A DNA stretch of 64,000 bases from a virus, in the IMG/VR virus record IMGVR_UViG_3300045988_023742, positions 37,448 through 101,447 of that record. One strand, written 5' to 3'. The position numbers were made by a program, and so were the translations under genes. The notes below the pieces were generated by a model, which saw nothing but the letters and a program-made list of their open reading frames with translations, had not been told where the DNA came from and searched no databases. Positions 30,339 through 36,036 of the stretch are shown piece after piece (position 1 is the first letter of the stretch; each line of letters opens with the position of its first letter).

Positions 30339-31124
30339 TTACTCAATGCCTTTAAACAATGTAGGCAAACTACCATATATAGGAAGCTTACCATCCCATT
30401 TATCAATCCACTGCTGCTTAAGAATCATAGGAGTCAAAGCCTGTGTTCTAAGTCTATTAGCTTCTGCTTCAGCCTGTGCTGCAACTACCTTTTTCTCTGC
30501 CTCTGCCTTTACTACAGCTAACTCATTCTGAGCCTTTTGTGCCTTTTGAATCGCAGCATTTTTGGCATTAACTGCATCAACAATAGACTGAGGATACTTC
30601 AATCCTGAAGTAAGTTGTTCTAGCTGAAAATTCTCCTTGAGCAATGCTTTAGACAGATGTGCTTCAATAGCCTTCTCTACCATATCTCTGTTTGATACAA
30701 TCTCATCAGTAGTATACTTATTGAGCTGGATTCTAAAGGCATCTTTTACATAGTTAAAGAGAGTTCCATTGATTACATCTTTCAGTTCCTTCCTATACTT
30801 CTTGAATACCTGAGGTGACTTACCATCAGCAATCTTCAATGAAATAGTAGGGTCAATACTAAACTCTGAACCATCCTTTGCATTAATTGTGAAAGCAGGA
30901 TAGTCTACTGTCTGGACATAAGTAGGATACTCATAAACCTGCTCAGTGAATGGATTATACCACACTGCACCAGTAACCAAAGATACATCATCTACACCCT
31001 TGTCAGAGCCATAGAGATTCACTTTAATACCTTCACAACCTGCATCTACTCTCTCATAACCACATGAGGACATTCCCAACATGGTAAATACTGCCATAAG
31101 GCACATAATTACTTTACTCTTCAT
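30339..31124 (-). CDS. SPFH/band-7 family lipoprotein
   Basis: Lipobox MLGMSSC and an Ala/Glu/Lys-rich coiled C-terminal half typical of SPFH proteins. Confidence 0.5.
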   Translation of the reverse strand: MKSKVIMCLMAVFTMLGMSSCGYERVDAGCEGIKVNLYGSDKGVDDVSLVTGAVWYNPFTEQVYEYPTYVQTVDYPAFTINAKDGSEFSIDPTISLKIADGKSPQVFKKYRKELKDVINGTLFNYVKDAFRIQLNKYTTDEIVSNRDMVEKAIEAHLSKALLKENFQLEQLTSGLKYPQSIVDAVNAKNAAIQKAQKAQNELAVVKAEAEKKVVAAQAEAEANRLRTQALTPMILKQQWIDKWDGKLPIYGSLPTLFKGIE

Positions 31125-31305
31125 TTTCTTTTGTTTTAATTAATTTAATTATTACTTCTACACCTATCCATATAGCTACTATGAACAATACAATTCCTGC
31201 AATGTTAGCAGCTGTATTACTCATGGTGAGTAATTGAGTAACAGCATTTAGTGCTATGAATAAACACAGCACTAAACATACTACCTTGATAATGAATTTT
31301 CTCAT
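31114..31305 (-). CDS. small membrane protein
   Basis: 63 aa with two hydrophobic helices. Confidence 0.4.
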   Translation of the reverse strand: MRKFIIKVVCLVLCLFIALNAVTQLLTMSNTAANIAGIVLFIVAIWIGVEVIIKLIKTKENEE

Positions 31306-31309
31306 ATTA

Positions 31310-31516
31310 TTAGTCCCAAAACCAAATATACCTAGCCACCATCTTCCTCATAGATATATGACCTTCTAAAGTCTTCCAGAGTTTTTTGTGTCTAAAGTAC
31401 TTAAACTTTGCTTTCTCCCTATTTTTACCACCTATTACCTTGTATCTATGCCATGTTCCACGTTGATATTTACGAAGGTATTTGTGTGGTATTTTATACT
31501 TCTTTCCTTTACTCAT
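31310..31516 (-). CDS. small basic protein
   Basis: 68 aa, rich in K, R and W. Confidence 0.35.
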   Translation of the reverse strand: MSKGKKYKIPHKYLRKYQRGTWHRYKVIGGKNREKAKFKYFRHKKLWKTLEGHISMRKMVARYIWFWD

Positions 31517-31704
31517 ATTGTAAATAGATGTATATAACTTCTTACCACTTCTGGCTTATTGATAAGATAGTTCCATTGGTGCTTGTTATACCATAGTAGA
31601 ACCTTATACCTATTATCTACTACTATTATATCTATTGATGGCTCATAATGATTAAATAGGACCATCACGTATATTATGAGTATTACTATAATACATATCT
31701 TCAT
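31513..31704 (-). CDS. small membrane protein
   Basis: 63 aa with an N-terminal TM helix. Confidence 0.35.
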   Translation of the reverse strand: MKICIIVILIIYVMVLFNHYEPSIDIIVVDNRYKVLLWYNKHQWNYLINKPEVVRSYIHLFTI

Positions 31705-31722
31705 AATTAAATTACTGTGTAC

Positions 31723-31763
31723 AAAAAGAAGAGCTAAGTAGGATTTGTACCCTACAAAGCTCT
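31723..31763 (-). terminator. rho-independent terminator
   Basis: AGAGCT..GTAGG / CCTAC..AGCTCT stem followed by a TTCTTTTT run on the minus strand. Confidence 0.5.
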
Positions 31764-31769
31764 ATTGGT

Positions 31770-32168
31770 TTAATCTCCAAGGATATTATAGCTAAAGCCT
31801 ATAGCACCCATATCATGAGCAATGAGTTCACAATGCTTCTTGATTCTAGCATCTTCTGACATTGTGTCCCATACTCTGATAAGTTTGCCTTTAACCTTGG
31901 CAATAACCTTGTTGTACTTAGGACTTGTTGATTCTTCAAGCATAGCTTCATAAGCTTCTTGAGACATCTTCAATACCTGTTTTGCAGGCATTGACTTTCT
32001 TGTCCTAAATGTAATAACCTCAGGACCTTTGTCCTTCTTTGATTTGTAACTCTTAAAGAGCATCTTATGCTCTTCAGTTAACTCTTCTGGTTTGTTTTCA
32101 GCCACCTGCTGGCTTACCATAATACTTCCTGGAAGTACTAAGATAAGACTCAATTTTGGTTCTATCAT
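31770..32168 (-). CDS. hypothetical protein
   Basis: 132-aa ORF. A terminator hairpin follows. Confidence 0.45.
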   Translation of the reverse strand: MIEPKLSLILVLPGSIMVSQQVAENKPEELTEEHKMLFKSYKSKKDKGPEVITFRTRKSMPAKQVLKMSQEAYEAMLEESTSPKYNKVIAKVKGKLIRVWDTMSEDARIKKHCELIAHDMGAIGFSYNILGD

Positions 32169-32171
32169 AAA

Positions 32172-32513
32172 TTAGTTGTAAATGTCATTGTCTGCACCCT
32201 TCTTCACCTTCTCCTTAAGGATTTCCTTTATAACTTCAAGGAACTTTGCCTTAGATATTGACTTTGCAGTATCCATAAGTGCCATAAACTCTTTTGGAGG
32301 CATAGCAATCATTACAGAGATGATAACAGTCGATACAAGAAGAGCACTCTTTCCAGAGAAGCCTTTAGTGAGGTTTACTACATCCTCAATCTTAACATTC
32401 TCTTCTTCGTACTGTTTCTTGTTCTCTTTATAAGCTGACTTAAATGCTTCAAGTACCTTCTTGATGTCTTCTTCATTGATGATAGACATCTGGTTTTTTT
32501 TGTTTGTTGCCAT
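32172..32513 (-). CDS. hypothetical protein
   Basis: 113-aa ORF directly downstream of the tRNA-like array. Confidence 0.45.
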   Translation of the reverse strand: MATNKKNQMSIINEEDIKKVLEAFKSAYKENKKQYEEENVKIEDVVNLTKGFSGKSALLVSTVIISVMIAMPPKEFMALMDTAKSISKAKFLEVIKEILKEKVKKGADNDIYN

Positions 32514-32563
32514 AATTTTGTTTATTAAAATTAATATGAAATTAATAAATGTTTTCTAAAAAT

Positions 32564-32675
32564 AGCTACTTAATTGATACATTTGAAGTGTATTGCATTA
32601 ACCACTATGCTAATTATCCATTCAGAAGAATAATATAGGACTTGAACCTATGAAATAATAGTATTGTAAGTAGCT
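32564..32675 (-). ncRNA. circularly permuted tRNA-like element with UCA anticodon, closed by module M7 helix
   Basis: Order on the minus strand: T-arm ATAGG-TTCAAGT-CCTAT, acceptor 3' ATTATTC, 8-nt linker, acceptor 5' GGATAAT, D-arm GCAT/ATGC, anticodon arm ATACA-CTTCAAA-TGTAT. Confidence 0.6.
32659..32671 (-). repeat. box M7 ACTTACAATACTA; helix 32667-32675 with 32564-32572
   Basis: AGCTACTTA is the reverse complement of TAAGTAGCT. Encloses the permuted tRNA-like element. Confidence 0.75.
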
Positions 32676-32679
32676 GAAG

Positions 32680-32805
32680 TAAGGCAGAGAAGAATCGAAC
32701 TTCTGTTACAGGTACTAAATTTTTATTAATATAAATTAGTATTGTAAGTATCATTAGATACTAATATTATTATAACCTGTGTCCTGACCACTAGACGACT
32801 GCCTT
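32680..32805 (-). ncRNA. tRNA-like gene (Glu-type scaffold) whose anticodon stem closes a 61-nt region carrying module M6
   Basis: AAGGCAG-TC-GTCT-AGTGGTCA-GGAC-A-CAGGT [61 nt] ACCTG-TAAC-AGAAG-TTCGATT-CTTCT-CTGCCTT-A. Confidence 0.6.
32737..32749 (-). repeat. box M6 ACTTACAATACTA; local hairpin 32757-32762 with 32747-32752
   Basis: AGTATC-TAAT-GATACT lies immediately 5' of the box. Confidence 0.7.
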
Positions 32806-32825
32806 ATGAAATTGGCACTATTCTT

Positions 32826-32899
32826 TATGCACTGATGGGATTGAACCATCTCTGATTGTACCAAAAAACAATTGTCCTAACCAATTAGACTAAACGCAA
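32826..32899 (-). tRNA. tRNA-Gln(UUG)-like with 8-nt anticodon loop, enclosed by module M5
   Basis: Stem ATTGT/ACAAT closes the loop TTTTTGGT (8 nt). D and T arms are canonical. Confidence 0.45.
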
Positions 32900-32903
32900 A
32901 ATT

Positions 32904-32916
32904 TACTATTGTAAGT
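32904..32916 (-). repeat. box M5 ACTTACAATAGTA; helix 32914-32921 with 32812-32819
   Basis: TTGGCACT is the reverse complement of AGTGCCAA. Encloses the Gln-like tRNA. Confidence 0.75.
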
Positions 32917-32925
32917 GCCAAAAAG

Positions 32926-33036
32926 TGGGGAAGGTAGGACTCGAACCTACATAGTGATAGTTTATGAAACCTATTGCTTATTGATTTAGTATTGTAAGTA
33001 TCTAAGATACTATTAAACCATTTTAGCTACTTCCCC
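32926..33036 (-). ncRNA. tRNA-like gene interrupted after the D-arm by module M4
   Basis: 5' part GGGGAAG-TA-GCTA-AAATGGTTTAA-TAGT. 3' part GTAGG-TTCGAGT-CCTAC-CTTCCCC-A. Acceptor is perfect; no clean 5-bp/7-nt anticodon arm. Confidence 0.5.
32987..32999 (-). repeat. box M4 ACTTACAATACTA; local hairpin 33005-33011 with 32997-33003
   Basis: AGTATCT-T-AGATACT lies immediately 5' of the box. Confidence 0.7.
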
Positions 33037-33053
33037 TTGTATAGTCACTATTT

Positions 33054-33126
33054 ATATACATGTTAGAATCGAACTAACTACACTTGAATTACAAATTCAA
33101 TGCTCTACCAAATGAGCTAATGCTAT
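33054..33126 (-). tRNA. tRNA-Thr(UGU)-like with weak acceptor stem, enclosed by module M3
   Basis: Perfect D, anticodon (TTGAA-TTTGTAA-TTCAA) and T arms. Acceptor ATAGCAT/ATGTATA pairs at only 4 of 7 positions. Confidence 0.45.
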
Positions 33127-33139
33127 TAGTATTGTAAGT
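33127..33139 (-). repeat. box M3 ACTTACAATACTA; helix 33137-33143 with 33043-33049
   Basis: AGTCACT is the reverse complement of AGTGACT. Encloses the Thr-like tRNA. Confidence 0.75.
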
Positions 33140-33165
33140 GACTGAATATCTGTAGACACTAAATT

Positions 33166-33239
33166 ATCACATTGTTGGAATCGAACCAACTACTATCTGC
33201 TTAAAAGGCTGATGCTCTAACCAAATGAGCTAAATGTTA
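33166..33239 (-). tRNA. tRNA-Lys(UUU), enclosed by box-helix module M2
   Basis: D-arm GCTC/GAGC, anticodon loop CTTTTAA, T-arm GTTGG-TTCGATT-CCAAC. Mismatches A29:A41 and A2:G71. Confidence 0.65.
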
Positions 33240-33242
33240 TAA

Positions 33243-33255
33243 TAATATTGTAAGT
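33243..33255 (-). repeat. box M2 ACTTACAATATTA; helix 33253-33260 with 33153-33160
   Basis: TAGACACT is the reverse complement of AGTGTCTA. Encloses tRNA-Lys. Confidence 0.75.
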
Positions 33256-33265
33256 GTCTAATGGT

Positions 33266-33296
33266 GAATGTAGGAGGTCTCTCTCCTCCTACATTC
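33266..33296 (-). other. perfect 12-bp GC-rich hairpin between units M1 and M2
   Basis: GAATGTAGGAGG-AGAGAGA-CCTCCTACATTC. No U-tract on either strand. Confidence 0.6.
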
Positions 33297-33299
33297 TAT

Positions 33300-33369
33300 T
33301 GATACTTGTTGTTGAACATTAATACGCTATTCTAATCTATGAAATACAGTTATAATGTTGTAAGTATCA
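33300..33369 (-). ncRNA. structured non-tRNA unit enclosed by module M1
   Basis: Outer helix TGATACTT/AAGTATCA and inner helix AACATTA/TAATGTT. No T-loop or D-loop signatures. Confidence 0.3.
33353..33365 (-). repeat. box M1 ACTTACAACATTA; helix 33362-33369 with 33300-33307
   Basis: TGATACTT is the reverse complement of AAGTATCA. Confidence 0.7.
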
Positions 33370-33377
33370 TTAGGTCC

Positions 33378-35201
33378 TTAAAGGACATTTTCTCTCACTA
33401 TGTCATATCTATTACTCCTGAACAATGACTGTAAAGGAGTATAAACATCCATAATATCCATATCTTTGAAGTTAGTTAAGAACTGCTCAATCTGTGCTAC
33501 ATTAGCAGGGATATAAATCATGTTCTCAATACCTTCAAATCTGTTGATAGAAGCACTTCTGAAGCCCCAATCACCATCTACATCAATAGCTACAATATAT
33601 GGCTTAAATCCAAAGTATCTTTGACACTTCATCATAAAGTCATTCATTGAAGCTTCAGGAGACCACAATGAGTTCCACTCACCATCACTGATGATAGTCC
33701 ATACAGGATAGTTCTTCAGAGCATCAAGTATCTGAGGGTTATTCTGACACTCCCTATGCAAATCATCAGGTATTTTACTTATGTTAGTACCACCACCTTG
33801 GAATACTGCATTACAGAAGTTCCTAATAGATTGATAGTTCTCACAGAAGCTCTTCTTAGGGTCAACAAAAGGAGTCTGCTTTACCTTTACTGTTTCACTT
33901 CTGATGAAAGAGTTTACAGAGTTATTCTTTCTGTCTATACAAGTATGCCAATGACTATTAGTATTGAAGAAACCAAGTAAGTTTCTACCATCATCATCTG
34001 GGTTCTTACATAAACATACAGAAGCTAAGAATGTAGCAAAGTTGAAAGGTTTACCTCTCATAGAACCTGAATCATCTATGATTACAAGACTATTATAAGG
34101 AAGATTGACCTTAGTCATGAAGGTTTCAAGCTTTAGCTCATCTACATTGTCATTACAGATGTCATTATATAGCTCTTTGAAATTAGTAGCTCCTGTATTG
34201 ACCTTAGCCTGCTTTGCAACTTTCTTCAACTTGATTTTATCCTCTTCTGTAGCTTGCCCCTGTCTAACTTTTTCCTCTAGAACTCTCTGTTCCTCTTGTT
34301 TAGACTCCTTGTACTTCTCCCATTCAGTGAGCCAAGGCTGGAACTTAGAATATTTATCCTTCTCAGTATCTTTAATCTTACTGTAAAGGATTCTATTCTT
34401 AACTCTAAACCTTGCCTGTGAAGGAAGCTTGTCAAACCAATCAATAAATGATTGTTTGTCAAACTCATTGATTTTACCTGTAGAGAATAGTACTGACTCA
34501 AGGTCACCATTGTAATCCTTTCTCCACTTCCTATAGTCCTTGAAGTTAGCATAGTTCTCATTTACTTCATACTCCCAACCCATAAGTTCTGAGAGCATTA
34601 TAAGCAACTTAACCTTATCTTCCATTACCTTTTTAGTCTCAGGAAGCATCTTGCTATGACCACTTCTTTTGCTTACTCTAGGAAGTGTCAAGAATTTAGC
34701 AACAAGAGTTTTATTGAAAGGATTATTACCATTGATAACCTTATAGAGATAGCTTGCAATAACCTCCCTATATTTTGCCTCAGCAAAGAGATTATGTATT
34801 CTAATAACTCTAGAGCCTTTAGTCTGTACTCTATTTCTGAACAGCAAATCAAAGCAAGTATATTCATTGAATAAACCTGCTTCAAGGAACTTCACAAATT
34901 GAGCTTGATGCTTATTCCACATCCAATCAAGAACTACTTGGAAACCTTCTCTATTGGCATTACCACCACTATCCTTCTTAACACCCTTAAAGATGTTATG
35001 CTGTCTAGCTGTAATATCACCAATTGAGAAAAGTAAACTAAAGAACATTTGCTTATGTTCTTTATTTCCTCGAACTTCTGACCAGCAAGCATCAAGTAAT
35101 GATGCATCAATTGTGTTGCCTACACTCTGAAAGAGTTTAAGGCAATTTCTTAATCCATAAAAAGGATTATCGTTACTTTTGTTTAACTTTACCTGTACCA
35201 T
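33378..35201 (-). CDS. vWA/MIDAS-domain protein with helical N-terminal domain (DUF2828- or TROVE/Ro60-like architecture)
   Basis: VIIDDSGSM (DxSxS MIDAS), later GGGTN and ISDGE. N-terminal roughly 370 aa carry the LLDACW...FFSLLFSIGD...DWMW...FDLLF pattern. Confidence 0.6.
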   Translation of the reverse strand: MVQVKLNKSNDNPFYGLRNCLKLFQSVGNTIDASLLDACWSEVRGNKEHKQMFFSLLFSIGDITARQHNIFKGVKKDSGGNANREGFQVVLDWMWNKHQAQFVKFLEAGLFNEYTCFDLLFRNRVQTKGSRVIRIHNLFAEAKYREVIASYLYKVINGNNPFNKTLVAKFLTLPRVSKRSGHSKMLPETKKVMEDKVKLLIMLSELMGWEYEVNENYANFKDYRKWRKDYNGDLESVLFSTGKINEFDKQSFIDWFDKLPSQARFRVKNRILYSKIKDTEKDKYSKFQPWLTEWEKYKESKQEEQRVLEEKVRQGQATEEDKIKLKKVAKQAKVNTGATNFKELYNDICNDNVDELKLETFMTKVNLPYNSLVIIDDSGSMRGKPFNFATFLASVCLCKNPDDDGRNLLGFFNTNSHWHTCIDRKNNSVNSFIRSETVKVKQTPFVDPKKSFCENYQSIRNFCNAVFQGGGTNISKIPDDLHRECQNNPQILDALKNYPVWTIISDGEWNSLWSPEASMNDFMMKCQRYFGFKPYIVAIDVDGDWGFRSASINRFEGIENMIYIPANVAQIEQFLTNFKDMDIMDVYTPLQSLFRSNRYDIVRENVL

Positions 35202-35219
35202 TCTGCTAATGTTTTATTT

Positions 35220-35232
35220 TATTTTTGTAAGT
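35220..35232 (-). promoter_or_regulatory. box M8 ACTTACAAAAATA in vWA-gene leader; helix 35230-35236 with 35171-35177 encloses the start codon
   Basis: CGTTACT is the reverse complement of AGTAACG (codons 8-10). The ATG at 35201 lies inside the enclosed 47 nt. Confidence 0.5.
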
Positions 35233-35288
35233 AACGTAGTTAGGATATTCTTTTCTATCTTTGAACTATATATGTCTTCCTTATACTA

Positions 35289-35732
35289 CTAGAAAGTTTC
35301 AGTTTCACTCATAGCTGAAAGCTCTGCTTCAAGCTCCTTAATCTTATCTTCAGGTGACTTCTGAGATTCTTTAAGAGCTTTAAGTTTAGCTGTAAGTTCA
35401 GCTTTCTTCTGAGCATTTTCCTCAACTTCCATTCTATGCCTCTTGTAACCTATTACTAGGTTTACAAGCTCCTTCTGTTCCTTAGCAGTATCTAACTGCC
35501 TTGCATTAGAATTGCTTGCAACCCACTCATCTTGACTTTCAAGCTGCTTAATCTTGTTAGATAAAGCAAGTCTGATGTTATTAAGAGAGTTGATTGTAGT
35601 AGTGTGGAGCAACTCAACTACATTGATAGGTGTGCCAAGCTTAGAATTTACTGTGTCGTTGCTAAGCAACATAGTAAGAAGCAATGAACACATCTTATCA
35701 AAGTGTTCTTTTGTGAAATTAATCTTTGCCAT
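35289..35732 (-). CDS. hypothetical protein (coiled-coil C-terminus)
   Basis: 147-aa ORF. Its start overlaps the stop of the upstream small ORF (TAATG). Confidence 0.45.
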   Translation of the reverse strand: MAKINFTKEHFDKMCSLLLTMLLSNDTVNSKLGTPINVVELLHTTTINSLNNIRLALSNKIKQLESQDEWVASNSNARQLDTAKEQKELVNLVIGYKRHRMEVEENAQKKAELTAKLKALKESQKSPEDKIKELEAELSAMSETETF

Positions 35733-35896
35733 TAGATATTGATTTTATAGTATTCTTTACCATTTTCCTTGAGTTCCTTGACATACTCAATGTCAATCTT
35801 ATCATTACATGAGTAGGAGTTTACAATCATAACTTCCTTACTCTCATCAAGGTTCTTCAATGCCTCTCGAAGGTCTTTTACTGTAAATTTTGCCAT
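35732..35896 (-). CDS. small hypothetical protein (54 aa)
   Basis: Hand-translated MAKFTVKDLREALKNLDESKEVMIVNSYSCNDKIDIEYVKELKENGKEYYKINI. Below the ORF-track cutoff. Confidence 0.35.
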   Translation of the reverse strand: MAKFTVKDLREALKNLDESKEVMIVNSYSCNDKIDIEYVKELKENGKEYYKINI

Positions 35897-36036
35897 AGTT
35901 TTCTAACTTAATAAGTTATTCTACATAGAAGTAAGTAAATGTTATAAGCTACTTTATAATTGGGATGCTCATTACAGAAACATCCCAATTTACTTATAAA
36001 CTCTCTTAAGTCTACTTTGTACTTATACATGACTTC

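Noticed and set aside
32584-32586. Stop-codon reassignment (TGA to Trp or TAG to Gln) might be used in this window because a UCA anticodon is present.
   Set aside because: All large ORFs, including those of 2293, 2576 and 1147 aa, are intact under the standard code. TGA also terminates well-packed genes, for example at 9403 and 37500. Recoding elsewhere in the genome cannot be judged from this window.
32714-32774. The tRNA inserts could be group I introns.
   Set aside because: The inserts are about 40-60 nt, far below the roughly 200+ nt needed for a group I core. No P7/P3-like elements are visible.
32659-33365. The ACTTACAAYAYTA box could be a host promoter.
   Set aside because: It lacks the TTTG-N20-TAnnTTTG grammar seen at the clear promoters in this window. 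Its 5' flank co-varies with a distal segment, which a simple promoter would not need. A phage-RNAP-specific promoter cannot be excluded and is listed as a refutation test.
32564-33369. The seven regularly recurring short repeats could be a CRISPR array.
   Set aside because: The conserved unit is only about 13 nt. Spacing is irregular (about 80-170 nt). The intervening segments are tRNA or tRNA-like genes, and no cas genes are present.
35958-35990. A ninth box-helix module near 35.9 kb (ATTTACT-TACTTCTATG with AGTAAAT upstream).
   Set aside because: The box matches the consensus only in ACTTAC. The 7-nt AT-rich arm match is within chance expectation, and the region is better explained by the AATTGGGATG/CATCCCAATT hairpin after ORF 36037-36699.
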